A DNA stretch of 64,000 bases from an uncultured Gemmatimonadales bacterium (GCA_963728915.1 CAVSLV010000001.1:1-64000); one strand, 5' to 3'; shown: positions 43,141 to 52,786, counted from the stretch's first letter. Made by a program: numbers and translations. Notes: generated from the letters alone by a model not told the origin.

Positions 43141-44009
43141 AGCCGATCGCTCTGGGGACGCTGGCGGCCCTGGCCCTCCTGACCTCTCGAGCCGCGGCCC
43201 AGCATCACCTGCACGGGGGCGAGTCGGCCTCTCCCACTCCCGCCGCCGAGATTCAGCAGGTGAAGCAGGCGGTCGAGGGCCTGAGCACGACGGACGCGGC
43301 CAGGGCCGCCGGCTTCAACCCGGTGCTGGGCTGGATCCCGACCATGGGCACCCATTGGGTGAGCGCCGCGAAGATGCTCTCGGGCAAGCGCTTCGATCCC
43401 ACCGATCCGCCGCAGCTCATGTTCAGTCCGGTGGATGGGCAAGAGAAGCTGGTCGGCGCGGCGTTCGCCTATCTCGCGACCGACAGCGACTCCGCTCGCC
43501 CGGCGACTTTCGCCGGGAATCCCCCTTGGCATGAGCATCCCGATCTCGCTCCGCCTGGGATGACGCTGGTGATGCTGCACGTGTGGTTCGTGGACTCCCC
43601 CGACGGTCCCTTCGCCGGGCACAATCCCTGGCTTCCGTTCTGGGCCCTGGGATTGACTCCGCCGGATGCCGCCCGGCTGCATGATCCGGCGGAAGGGCCC
43701 GGGATCCGCGCCGCGGCCATCGCGCTCAGCGAGGTGGTGGACAGCTCCGGCGTGTTCCCGCGGCTGGCCCAGCGCCCGGCGGTGCAGAGCGCCCTGGCCC
43801 CGGAGCGGACGGCCATCCGGGCCCTGGTGCCGGAGCTGGATCGAGCCCAGCACTCAGGCGACTGGACTCGATGGACCGCGATCGCCGGCCAGCTCGCCGA
43901 CCGCTGGAGGGCCATGCGCCGGATCTATCTCGGATCGATCATCCACGAGGACATCCGGGCGCGGGCGGAGAAGTTCCTGGACGAAATGGAAACGGGCGGA
44001 CACCACTAG
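43137..44009 (+). CDS. Secreted hypothetical protein with several His/Met motifs
   Basis: Signal peptide AAA-QHHLH; MGTHW; WHEH; MLHVW; DGPFAGHNP; ATGA overlap with speA. Confidence 0.75.
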   Translation: MKPIALGTLAALALLTSRAAAQHHLHGGESASPTPAAEIQQVKQAVEGLSTTDAARAAGFNPVLGWIPTMGTHWVSAAKMLSGKRFDPTDPPQLMFSPVDGQEKLVGAAFAYLATDSDSARPATFAGNPPWHEHPDLAPPGMTLVMLHVWFVDSPDGPFAGHNPWLPFWALGLTPPDAARLHDPAEGPGIRAAAIALSEVVDSSGVFPRLAQRPAVQSALAPERTAIRALVPELDRAQHSGDWTRWTAIAGQLADRWRAMRRIYLGSIIHEDIRARAEKFLDEMETGGHH

Positions 44010-44011
44010 GG

Positions 44012-44059
44012 GTCCGCCCGTCCGCCCGTCCGCCCGTCCGCCTGTCCGCCTGTCCGCCT
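44012..44059. repeat. Octamer tandem repeat (GTCCGCCY)x6 filling a convergent intergenic gap
   Basis: gtccgccc x3 + gtccgcct x3; ACGGGCGGAC at 43992-44001 is an inverted copy. Confidence 0.92.
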
Positions 44060-45383
44060 ATCGACTCTCCATCGGCACGAACTCCCGGACATCCGGCCCG
44101 GTGTAGATCTGGCGGGGCCGGGCAATCTTCTGGTCTTTGTCCTTGAGCATCTCCTCCCACTGGGCCAGCCAGCCGGGGAGCCGTCCGACGGTGAAGAGCA
44201 CGGTGAAGTAGTCGGTCGGGTATCCCATCGCCTGATAAATCAGCCCGGAATAGAAATCCACGTTGGGATACAGTTTCCGGGAGATGAAGTAATCGTCCGA
44301 CAGCGCGATGCGCTCCAGCTCGAGGGCGATCTCCAGCTTCGGATTGAGGCCGGTCTGCTTGAAGACGTCGTCGGCCACCCGCTTGATCAGCTTGGCGCGG
44401 GGGTCGTACGACTTGTAGACCCGGTGCCCGAATCCCATCAGCCGCCCCTCGCCCCGCTTGATCTTCTCGATGTAGCCTGGCACTTCCTTCACGGTGCCGA
44501 TCTCACCGAGCATCCGGAGCACCGCCTCGTTGGCGCCGCCGTGGAGCGGGCCGTAGAGGGCGGCGATGCCCGCCGACACCGCGGAGAATGGGTCCACGTG
44601 GGAGGAGCCCACCGAGCGGACCGCGCTGGTCGAGCAGTTCTGCTCGTGGTCGGCGTGGAGAATCAGCAGGATCTCGAGGGCGCGCTGGAGCACCTTGTTG
44701 GGCTCGTGCTTCCCGCCGATCGAGAACATCATGTTGACGTAGTTCCCGATGTAGTCGAGATCGTTGCGGGGGAATTCGTAGGGAAGTCCGCGGGAGTGCC
44801 GGAAGACGAACGCGGCGATGGTCGGCACCTTGGCCAGGAGCCGGATCCGCTGCACGTAGCGGTTGGCCGGGTCCCCGATGTTCTTGGCGCCCGGGTAGAA
44901 GGTGGACAGGGCGCCGATCGCGCTGAGCATCATTCCCATCGGATGGGCGTCGTAGCGGAAGCCCTCCAGGAACTTGATGATGTTGGTGTGGACGTAGGTG
45001 TGATAGGTGATGTTGTGCACCCATTTGTCCAGCTCGTGGCGGTCGGGCAGCTCGCCCTCGGCGAGCAGGTACGCCACCTCGAGGAAGGTCGCCTGTTCGG
45101 CGAGCTGCTCGATCGGATAGCCGCGGTAGCGGAGAATGCCCCGGTCCCCGTCGATGAAGGTGATCGCGCTCCGGCAGGCGGCGGTGTTCATGAACGCCGG
45201 ATCGTAGGTCATCAGCCCGAAGTCTTCGGCATCGGTCTTGATCTGCCGCAGATCGATCGCATTGATCGTCCCCTCGTGGATCGGGAGGTCGTATTCCTTG
45301 CCGGTCCGATTGTCGGTGATCCTGAGGGTCGGGCTCGGCCCGACGGTCTGGGGCGATTCCGGGGCGGGGGCGGTCTTAGGCAT
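44058..45383 (-). CDS. gltA: Citrate synthase
   Basis: GILRYRGYPIE; LHADHEQNCST; LYGPLHGGANE; MGFGHRVYK; YPNVDFYSG. Confidence 0.96.
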   Translation of the reverse strand: MPKTAPAPESPQTVGPSPTLRITDNRTGKEYDLPIHEGTINAIDLRQIKTDAEDFGLMTYDPAFMNTAACRSAITFIDGDRGILRYRGYPIEQLAEQATFLEVAYLLAEGELPDRHELDKWVHNITYHTYVHTNIIKFLEGFRYDAHPMGMMLSAIGALSTFYPGAKNIGDPANRYVQRIRLLAKVPTIAAFVFRHSRGLPYEFPRNDLDYIGNYVNMMFSIGGKHEPNKVLQRALEILLILHADHEQNCSTSAVRSVGSSHVDPFSAVSAGIAALYGPLHGGANEAVLRMLGEIGTVKEVPGYIEKIKRGEGRLMGFGHRVYKSYDPRAKLIKRVADDVFKQTGLNPKLEIALELERIALSDDYFISRKLYPNVDFYSGLIYQAMGYPTDYFTVLFTVGRLPGWLAQWEEMLKDKDQKIARPRQIYTGPDVREFVPMESR

Positions 45384-45771
45384 GGGGGCTCGGCAGGGTA
45401 ACCGTGCAGGTGGTCTCGAAGCCGCCCCGCACGTTGTAGATGGTTTGCACGATCAGTGATTGGGGGGCCAGCGCCCGGAACAGGTCCTCGGCGATCCGCG
45501 CGGTGGCGTGTTCCTGAAATATCCCCACATTGCGATAACTCACGACATAGTACTTGAGGCTCCTGAGCTCGACACACCGGGTGCGCGGGAGGTACCGAAT
45601 GCTCAGCCGGGCGAAGTCGGGGAGCCCGCTGTACGGACAGACGGCGGAGAACTCCTTCGTCTCGGTGACGATTTCCTGGTCCGGCCCCCCATACTCGAAC
45701 GTTTCCAGGACGGTCGCGTCGATCTGCTCGGGCCCCACGAATGGAACGGTTTTTCCTTCAGCGAGCGCCAT
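45376..45771 (-). CDS. queF: NADPH-dependent preQ0 reductase (short type)
   Basis: EFSAVCPYSGLPDFA; VELRSLKYY; FQEH; NVRGG. Confidence 0.92.
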   Translation of the reverse strand: MALAEGKTVPFVGPEQIDATVLETFEYGGPDQEIVTETKEFSAVCPYSGLPDFARLSIRYLPRTRCVELRSLKYYVVSYRNVGIFQEHATARIAEDLFRALAPQSLIVQTIYNVRGGFETTCTVTLPSPHA

Positions 45772-45792
45772 GGCTCCTCCCGGTCGAAAAAT

Positions 45793-47667
45793 CTAATCGC
45801 CCCGGCGCGGCTGACCCGTCACCCGCAGAATCCCTTCTTCCAGCCAGGCCTCCTCTCCGGCCAGCACCCGCTGCGCCAGCCGGTAGGTCCGGTCGTCTTC
45901 GTTGTCGAACACGCTGGCGAAGAGCTGCGCCACCCGGCGGCGACTCTGCCGGGCCAGCAGGTCCGCCATCGCGACGGGTCCCCGGTTCGCCGGATGCTGC
46001 TTGGCCATCATGACGGCTCGACTGCAGGACGCGCTGATCGCGAGCAGCTCGGCGCCGACGTCGACCAGGCGGAACAGCACCGATTGTTTTTTCTCGAGCC
46101 GCGGCCCGAACCGGACCATCGCATGGAACAAGGTCCTGGCCAGTTTTCGTGAGGCGCGGTTGACGAACCGCATGTGGGTCGCGAGGCTCCCGAAGTCGGC
46201 GTATCGAGGCCAGCGTCCCCAGCCGATCCATTGCCGGGGATACCATACCGCGTAGAACCCCGCTGCCCGCAGCGCGGCCCGGAGCTTCGCGCCGGTCGAC
46301 GCCTTGGGGTTCACCAGGTCGCCGGCAATCCTGAGATGGGTGTCGACCGCCTCCCGCGCGATGAACAACCGCATGATCTCGGTGGATCCCTCGAACAGCC
46401 GGTTGATCCGCCAGTCGCGCAACATCCGCTCCACCGGATCGGGCCGCTCTCCGTGGGAGCGCAGCGAGTCGGCGGTCTCGTAGCCGCGACCACCCTTGAT
46501 CTGGAGGCAGTCGTCCACGATCCGCCAGCCGACTTCGGTGTTCCACAGCTTGGCGATCGCCGCTTCGAGCCGGATGTCCGCGCCTTCGCGGTCGGCCAGG
46601 AGGCATCCCAGCTCGGCGATGGATTGCATCGCGAAGACTTCCGACGCCATCTGACCGAGTTTCTGGGCGATCGCATCATGCTTCCCGATCGGCGCGCCCC
46701 ATTGCACCCGTTCGGCGGCCCAGACCCGGGCAATCTCCAGGGCGCGCTTGGCCCCGGCCGCGCAACCCGCCGGAATGGTGAGACGGCCGGTATTCAGCGT
46801 GATCAGGGCGAGCTTGAGGCCTTTGCCTTCCTCCCAGAGGACATTTTCGGCCGGGACCTGGACGTTGGTGAACCGGAGAATCCCGTTCTCGATGGCCCGA
46901 AGCCCCATGAAGTGGAGGCGCTGGACGACTTCGACCCCGGGCCAGTCCTTCTCCACGATGAAGGCGGTGATCCGCTTGGGTCCGGTCCGCGCCATGACCA
47001 CCAGCAGATCGGCGACGGTCCCGTTGGTGCACCAGAGCTTCTCGCCGTTCAGGATCCAGTGGCGGCCGTCCTGACTCAGCACCGCGGAGGTGGAAAGGCC
47101 GGCTGGATCACTCCCGACCTGGGGCTCGGTGAGGGCGAACGCGGTGATCGTTCCCCGGGCGATGCGGGGGAGGTACTTCCGCTTCTGGGCCTCGGTCCCG
47201 AACAGCTTGAGGGGGACCGGGACGCCGATCGACTGGCTGGCGGAGAGGAGGGCGGTCAGGCTGCCATCCCAGCTGGTCACCAGGCCGATGGCGCGGGCGT
47301 ACATGAGCTGCGAGAGGCCTAACCCGCCGTACTCTTCCGGAATCTTGATCCCGAAGGCCCCCATCTCCTGGAGCCCTCGCACCACGTCTTCGGGGATCTG
47401 GCCCTCCCGGTCGATCCGGTCCCCGTCGACCTTCTCCCGGAGGAACCGCGCCAGCCGCTCCAGGAACGGCGCGGCCTTGGCGACCGCCTCGGCGGTCGGT
47501 TCCGGGAAAGGATGGATCAGGTCGAGCCGGAGCCGGCCTTCGAAGAGCTCCTTGACGAAGCTGTCGCGCCACTCCTGCTCGCGCGCGGCCTCGGCGACCT
47601 CGCGGGCTTCCTGGGAGGTTGGAAGGTCGGGAGGTCGGGAGCTGGGGCGGGTCATGACGTCGGTCAT
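45793..47667 (-). CDS. Acyl-CoA dehydrogenase (long, FadE-like)
   Basis: IPEEYGGLG; FALTEPQVGSD; LNGEKLWCTNG; LQIKGGRGY; RLFEGSTEI. Confidence 0.93.
   Translation of the reverse strand: MTDVMTRPSSRPPDLPTSQEAREVAEAAREQEWRDSFVKELFEGRLRLDLIHPFPEPTAEAVAKAAPFLERLARFLREKVDGDRIDREGQIPEDVVRGLQEMGAFGIKIPEEYGGLGLSQLMYARAIGLVTSWDGSLTALLSASQSIGVPVPLKLFGTEAQKRKYLPRIARGTITAFALTEPQVGSDPAGLSTSAVLSQDGRHWILNGEKLWCTNGTVADLLVVMARTGPKRITAFIVEKDWPGVEVVQRLHFMGLRAIENGILRFTNVQVPAENVLWEEGKGLKLALITLNTGRLTIPAGCAAGAKRALEIARVWAAERVQWGAPIGKHDAIAQKLGQMASEVFAMQSIAELGCLLADREGADIRLEAAIAKLWNTEVGWRIVDDCLQIKGGRGYETADSLRSHGERPDPVERMLRDWRINRLFEGSTEIMRLFIAREAVDTHLRIAGDLVNPKASTGAKLRAALRAAGFYAVWYPRQWIGWGRWPRYADFGSLATHMRFVNRASRKLARTLFHAMVRFGPRLEKKQSVLFRLVDVGAELLAISASCSRAVMMAKQHPANRGPVAMADLLARQSRRRVAQLFASVFDNEDDRTYRLAQRVLAGEEAWLEEGILRVTGQPRRGD
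47614..47653. repeat. Degenerate octamer repeat (GGAGGTCG-like) at the 5' end of the acyl-CoA dehydrogenase gene
   Basis: ggaggttg gaaggtcg ggaggtcg ggagctgg; encodes PSSRPPDLPTS. Confidence 0.55.
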
Positions 47668-48338
47668 GGGGAGTATCCGTCGGGGTAGGCGCCCCGCTGG
47701 CGCAGGGCGCCCAGCAGCAGCGTGGTGATGTGTCGCTTGCGTTGCTCGGCAAAGTCGGGCGCCTGCGGATCGAGGCCGACCGTCTTGAGGAAGGTTCGCC
47801 CGTGCACCAGCGGGAACCAGGTGAGCGCGACCAGCGAGAGGAGCAGGTGCGCCGCTTCGGCGCTGTCCGAGATGTCGAGACCGAGCTCCTGCGTGAAGGC
47901 CGCCAGCGCCTCCTGCCAGACCGCGGACCGGAGCGGCATGCCTTCCAGCACCTTCCGGTCGGAGAGGGCCTCGCGCTCGATCAGCCGCACGAAGTTGGGC
48001 CGTGCGGCGACGAAGTCGGCGTAGTCGGCGACCGCACCGGCGAGAATGACCTCGGGGCTTTCCCCACTTGCCAGCGCCCGCTCCTTGCCTTCACGCACCG
48101 CTCGACGGACGTCCTCGAAGCACCGTTCCAGGACGGCGCGATGGAGCTCGGCTTTCGAACCGAAGAAGTAGCCCGGCGTCGCCCTGGAGACGCCCGCGGC
48201 GCGGCCCACCTCGGCGAGGGAGGTCTCCTCGAAGCCCTGCTCGGCGAACAGGTGTTCGGCTGCGTCCAGGATGATGGAACGGGTTCGTGCGGCGTTCCGG
48301 ACCGGATCGCGGGATTTGGGTTTGGTGGTTCGAAGCAT
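47664..48338 (-). CDS. TetR/AcrR-family transcriptional regulator
   Basis: ILDAAEHLFAEQGFEETSLAEVGRAAGVSRATPGYFFGSKAEL. Confidence 0.92.
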   Translation of the reverse strand: MLRTTKPKSRDPVRNAARTRSIILDAAEHLFAEQGFEETSLAEVGRAAGVSRATPGYFFGSKAELHRAVLERCFEDVRRAVREGKERALASGESPEVILAGAVADYADFVAARPNFVRLIEREALSDRKVLEGMPLRSAVWQEALAAFTQELGLDISDSAEAAHLLLSLVALTWFPLVHGRTFLKTVGLDPQAPDFAEQRKRHITTLLLGALRQRGAYPDGYSP

Positions 48339-48372
48339 CTGGTGTAACCCCAATCGCTGGGGGGACCACGTG

Positions 48373-48394
48373 ACTTGCTAGCCAGCTAGCAAGT
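48373..48394. promoter_or_regulatory. Perfect palindrome, probable TetR operator
   Basis: ACTTGCTAGC-CA-GCTAGCAAGT between divergent tetR and dinB. Confidence 0.7.
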
Positions 48395-48473
48395 TATCCC
48401 ATCGCCACATTCCTGGCAACTGCGCGGTCGCAGTTGGCCCCGATTCTATCTTTGGCCTACCGGTCCCCAACCC

Positions 48474-49739
48474 ATGTCCTTCGCCAACGCTCCGCGCATC
48501 CTCCTCGCCGACTGCGACCAGATGTTCGTCGCCGTGGCCCGTCGTGCCGACCCGGATGGCGCGGGAAAGGCCCGGCTTCTGGTCGTGGGCGGCAGCGCCA
48601 AGAGTCGCGGCGTGGTGTGTTCGGCCTCCTGGGAAGCCCGGGACTTCGGCCTCCGGGCCGGTATGCCGATCGCCCGGGCGGTCCGCCTCTGTCCCCAGGC
48701 GATGTATGTGCCGGTGCCGGGCCGCGCCTGTCAGGAGGCGCACCGCGCCATCCGGCAGGTGCTGGAGCAGTGGACCCCGGAGGTCGAGCCGGCCAGCGTC
48801 GACGAGTTCTACCTGGACCTGACCGGCACCGAGCGGCTCTACCGGGAGGAGCCGCTGGAAGCCACGGCCACGCGGGTTAGGGGCAGCGTCCGCGAAGCCA
48901 CCGGGTTCAGCCTGTCGATCGGCGGTGGGACCAACCGGCTGATCGCCAAGATGGCCGCCGAGCGCGCCAAGCCCCGGCCCGGCTCAGGGGGAACCGGCGT
49001 GCTGGTAATTCCGCCAGGGGAGGAGGCCGCCTTCATGGCCGAACGGGACCTGGCCGAAATCCCCGGCGTCGGGCCTCGACTTCAGGCCGAGCTCGGCAAA
49101 CGTGCCCTGCTGCGGGTGAGCCAGGCGCTCCGCCTCGAGGAAGCGACCCTGATCAGGTGGCTCGGAAAAGGCACCGGAGGATGGCTCTACCGGTGCATTC
49201 GGGGCCAGGGCTCCGCCGACCTCCACATGGAGCCGGCCAGCAAATCGATCAGCCGGGAAACCACGTTCTCCCGCGATCTTTCCGGCGATGACGCGGTGGA
49301 GTCGCGGTTGCTGAGGTTGCTGAGCGAGCTCGCCGCGGAGCTGCGGCGGGAACGACTCGCGACCCGCTGCGTGACCGTGAAGCTGCGCGACCACGATTTT
49401 CGCACCCGGCAAGCGGGCCGGACCCTCCCCGAGGCGGTCAGCACCGATCGGGCGTTGTTCGAAATCGCGAGGGAGCTGCTGCGAAGCCTGCGACAGCGGC
49501 GCCGCGCACCGGCGCGTCTGGTGGGAATCAGCTTCTCCGGACTTCAATCGATCGACGGGCCCGACCAGCTGGACCTCCTTTCCGGCCAGGGACGGCTGGA
49601 GACGCCCCGTGATCGACGGCTCGCCGCCGCGGTGGACCGGATCGGAGAAAAACTCGGCCCTGGCGCGATTCGACCCGCCCGGCTGAGCGACCGGCCCCCT
49701 TCATCACGAATTCATCTCGGGTTCACACCTCCCAGGTAG
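48474..49739 (+). CDS. dinB: DNA polymerase IV (Y-family)
   Basis: ILLADCDQMFVAV; ASWEAR.FG..AGMP; SVDEFYLD; AKMAA..AKP; KSISRETTF. Confidence 0.93.
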   Translation: MSFANAPRILLADCDQMFVAVARRADPDGAGKARLLVVGGSAKSRGVVCSASWEARDFGLRAGMPIARAVRLCPQAMYVPVPGRACQEAHRAIRQVLEQWTPEVEPASVDEFYLDLTGTERLYREEPLEATATRVRGSVREATGFSLSIGGGTNRLIAKMAAERAKPRPGSGGTGVLVIPPGEEAAFMAERDLAEIPGVGPRLQAELGKRALLRVSQALRLEEATLIRWLGKGTGGWLYRCIRGQGSADLHMEPASKSISRETTFSRDLSGDDAVESRLLRLLSELAAELRRERLATRCVTVKLRDHDFRTRQAGRTLPEAVSTDRALFEIARELLRSLRQRRRAPARLVGISFSGLQSIDGPDQLDLLSGQGRLETPRDRRLAAAVDRIGEKLGPGAIRPARLSDRPPSSRIHLGFTPPR

Positions 49740-49770
49740 TCTGAACCAGACGCCAACCGGCAGGGGAAGA

Positions 49771-49941
49771 ATGAGTCGCCCGGGATTGACCATTTTCGTG
49801 ATTTTCTTCGGCCTGTCGTTCCTGGATGCGGTCCGGAACGGACCCTGGGTCCGGGTGGTGCTCTGGGCGGTGCTGGCCCTGGCGTTCGCGGGGCTGGATC
49901 TGATGCGGGGACGCCGGAGGGGTGCTCGGCGCCTGCGTTAG
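49771..49941 (+). CDS. 56-aa two-TM membrane protein (absent from the ORF track)
   Basis: MSRPGLTIFVIFFGLSFLDAVRNGPWVRVVLWAVLALAFAGLDLMRGRRRGARRLR; purine-rich SD; fills the gap. Confidence 0.7.
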   Translation: MSRPGLTIFVIFFGLSFLDAVRNGPWVRVVLWAVLALAFAGLDLMRGRRRGARRLR

Positions 49942-49950
49942 GCCGGCGGG

Positions 49951-50874
49951 TTACGTCTTGAGGGGATTGAGCCCGCTTCGGGTCACCCGGCCAGAGAGCT
50001 CCCGATCGAGCACGGTCTCGCAGGACCGGGCGACTGGAATCAGCCGGTCCATCGCGAGGCCGGTCGCGATCCCCATGGTTTCGAGCAGGTCGACCCAGTC
50101 CTCGGTCACCACGTTCCCGGTGTAGCCCCCGCCGTACTGAATCGTGGCCGGGTGGCCTCCGGCGCCTCCGAACGACGAATCGAAGTTCCGGATCCCCGCG
50201 TCCCAGGCCGCCACGTAGTTCACCAGCCCGGTGCCGCGGGTATCGTGCGCATGCGCCACAAAGGTCAGCTCCGGGTACTCGGTCATAACCCGCTGAAACA
50301 TCGCCCGGGTCGTCAGCGGGGTGGCCATCCCGACGGTGTCCGCCAGGGTGATCCGGGTGACGCCGAGCCGGGCAAATCGCTCGATGTCCCGGTGCACCAC
50401 CGCGGGATCGACGGCGCCTTCGAAGGGGCACCCGAACGCCACCGAGATGACCCCGCTGAGCGCGAAGCTCGCCGCCGCCGCGGCGATCATCTCCTCCACG
50501 TTCTTCCACTGCCCGGCACGGTCCCGCTTGAGGTTCCGTTGGGAATGCGCCTCGGTGGCGGAGACCAGCAGCGAGAGCTCATCCACGCCGGCCTCCGACC
50601 CGCGGTCGGCCAGGGCGCGTTCCACGCCCCGCAGGTTCGGGCAGGTCGCGATCCAGCGGACCGCGGGCCGCCGGGGCAACCCGTGGAGCAGGTCGGTGGC
50701 GTCGCGGAACTGCGGGATGACGCGGGGATTGGCGTAGGAGGTGGCTTCGATGCGGGGGAACCCCAGCTCCAGAAACGCCTCCAGCAGCCGGCGCTTGTCC
50801 TCGGTCGGGACGAAGCGCGCCTCGTGCTGGAGCCCGTCCCGGGCAAAGCACTCGCACAACACCACGTCGCTCAC
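49951..50874 (-). CDS. HMG-CoA lyase-like (DRE-TIM) protein
   Basis: ARDGLQHE; AFGCPFEG; LADTVG; HAHDTRG; GNVVTED. Confidence 0.88.
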   Translation of the reverse strand: MSDVVLCECFARDGLQHEARFVPTEDKRRLLEAFLELGFPRIEATSYANPRVIPQFRDATDLLHGLPRRPAVRWIATCPNLRGVERALADRGSEAGVDELSLLVSATEAHSQRNLKRDRAGQWKNVEEMIAAAAASFALSGVISVAFGCPFEGAVDPAVVHRDIERFARLGVTRITLADTVGMATPLTTRAMFQRVMTEYPELTFVAHAHDTRGTGLVNYVAAWDAGIRNFDSSFGGAGGHPATIQYGGGYTGNVVTEDWVDLLETMGIATGLAMDRLIPVARSCETVLDRELSGRVTRSGLNPLKT

Positions 50875-50927
50875 TTCGCGCTCACTCTCCCGGGGAGAAG
50901 CTCAAGTATAACGGGCGCGATTGGGTC

Positions 50928-51995
50928 TCAGATGAGGTGGATCGCGGTGGCTTTGACCGCGACGCTCACCGGAACCCCGGGCGCGAGCGCCATCTCTTCG
51001 GCGGTCACCGTCATCACCGCGGCGACCAGGGCGGTTCCCCCCGCGTCCAGGTGAATCAGGGCCACTGCGGTTTCCCGCTCGATCCGGGTGACGGTCGCGG
51101 CGAACCGGTTGCGGGGCGCCGGTCCCTCGATCGGGTTCCGGCTCAAGGTGAGATCGGCAGGACGCAGGACCGCGAATCCGGCCCCCGGCCGCTCCGCCAC
51201 GACGTCGAGCACCAGGCTTCCGCTCCGGAACCGGGCCGCGAACCGGCCCGTCCCGGGATCGGCCGGGGACACCGGCTCGACGATTCCCCGTAACACGGTC
51301 CCGGTCCCGATGAACTCGGCGACGAACGGCGAGTTGGGGAACCGGAACACCTGCTCCGGCGTTCCCGCCTGCATGATGCGGCCCTCGGCCAGCACCGCCA
51401 CCACGTCGCCCAGCCGCATGGCGTCCTCGAAGTCGTGGGTGACCTGGAGGGTCGTGATGCGTTCGCGCTCGTGCAGGGTGCGAAGCTCGCGACGTAACCC
51501 GCGCCGGGTGGCGGGGTCGACCGCCGCGAACGGCTCGTCCAGGAGCAGAATCGAGGGACGCGGGGCCAGGGCCCGGGCCAGCGCGATCCGCTGCTGCTCT
51601 CCCCCGGACAGGCCATGCATCCCCCGGTCGAGCAGGGGAGCGACCCCGAGCAGGTCCGCCAGCTCCCGAACCCGGGCTGCCCGCGCGCCGGCCCCGACTC
51701 CCCGCAAGCCGTACCCGATGTTCTCCCCCACGGTGAGGTGAGGGAACAGGTGGTAGTGCTGATACACGAAGCCGATCCCGCGCCGCTCCGGCGCCCGGCG
51801 GGTGACTTCCTCGTCCCGCAGCAGGACCCGGCCGGTTCGCAACGGGGCGTGCCCGGCGATCGCCTCGAGCAGGGTCGTCTTGCCGGAGCCGGTCGGGCCG
51901 ATCACCAGTCCGTATCCGCCACGGGGCACCTCGAGGGTGATCTGCTCCAGGACGAAGCCTCCCCGTCGCGCCGAGACGTTCTCGAGCCGAATCAC
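50928..51995 (-). CDS. Molybdate/tungstate ABC transporter ATPase (ModC/WtpC-like) with TOBE domain
   Basis: GPTGSGKTT; LSGGEQQR; LLLDEP; C-terminal RNRF..VAVKATAIHL. Confidence 0.85.
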   Translation of the reverse strand: MIRLENVSARRGGFVLEQITLEVPRGGYGLVIGPTGSGKTTLLEAIAGHAPLRTGRVLLRDEEVTRRAPERRGIGFVYQHYHLFPHLTVGENIGYGLRGVGAGARAARVRELADLLGVAPLLDRGMHGLSGGEQQRIALARALAPRPSILLLDEPFAAVDPATRRGLRRELRTLHERERITTLQVTHDFEDAMRLGDVVAVLAEGRIMQAGTPEQVFRFPNSPFVAEFIGTGTVLRGIVEPVSPADPGTGRFAARFRSGSLVLDVVAERPGAGFAVLRPADLTLSRNPIEGPAPRNRFAATVTRIERETAVALIHLDAGGTALVAAVMTVTAEEMALAPGVPVSVAVKATAIHLI

Positions 51996-52786
51996 GAAAG
52001 GCGTTCCCGGCCCGGGGCGAGGAACTGGACCACCAGAAAGACCGCCAGGGCGATGAGCAGGAGCACCGCGGCGGCGGGGACCGCGGCGGGCAGGCCGAAC
52101 AAGGTGAAGCGATCGTAGATCAGCACGCTCGCCACCTTGGGATTGTAGGTGAGAATCACGATCGAGCCGAACTCGCTGATGCTCCTGGCCCAGCCCAGCA
52201 CCGCTCCCGCCAGCACTCCGCGACCCGCCAGAGGCAGGGTGATGTGGCGGAAGGCATCCCAGCCGGTATCACCGAGCGTACGGGCCACCCGCTCGAGCTT
52301 GGGATCGATGCTGCGAAACGCCTCCCGCGCCGTGCTGACGACGATCGGCGCGGAGACGAACAGCATGCCCGCCACGATGCCGGGCACGTGATTCACCACC
52401 TCGAGGCCGAATCGGGCGAGCACCGAGCCGATCGCCGATTGCCGTCCGAGGAAGAGCAGCAAGGCGATCCCCGCGACCGGGTGCGGTACCACGACCGGAA
52501 GCTCCACGACTCCTGAGAGAATGCGCGACCCGGGAAAGCGCCGCCGCGCCAGGAGGTAGGCGAGCGGAACCCCCAGGCCCAGGGACAGCACGGTGGCCGC
52601 GGTCGCGGTGACCACGGTGAGCCAGATCGAGCCCACCAGCTCACGATCGCCGAAGGCGGCCGCCAGGCTGGCCGGGCTCGAGTTGAGCAGCAATCGCGCG
52701 AGCGGCCCGGCCACGAAGAGCACGAGCATCGCCGCGAGAATCCAGACCAGGATGGTGCCGGGGGACGGCACGCCGCGCCGAATCAT
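51992..52786 (-). CDS. Molybdate/tungstate ABC transporter permease (ModB/WtpB-like)
   Basis: PLAYLLARRRFPG; PVVVPHPVAGIALL; ARTLG; WARSISEFG. Confidence 0.87.
   Translation of the reverse strand: MIRRGVPSPGTILVWILAAMLVLFVAGPLARLLLNSSPASLAAAFGDRELVGSIWLTVVTATAATVLSLGLGVPLAYLLARRRFPGSRILSGVVELPVVVPHPVAGIALLLFLGRQSAIGSVLARFGLEVVNHVPGIVAGMLFVSAPIVVSTAREAFRSIDPKLERVARTLGDTGWDAFRHITLPLAGRGVLAGAVLGWARSISEFGSIVILTYNPKVASVLIYDRFTLFGLPAAVPAAAVLLLIALAVFLVVQFLAPGRERLS

Noticed and set aside
44012..44059. CRISPR array or IS ends for the octamer repeats
   Set aside because: 8-bp contiguous units with no spacers, no cas or transposase genes
38782..45771. queC/queE/queF as a 7-deazaguanine DNA-modification or QueC-type defence island
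   Set aside because: No dpdA/TGT-like, TatD, ATPase or nuclease genes nearby; sequences look canonical and context is housekeeping
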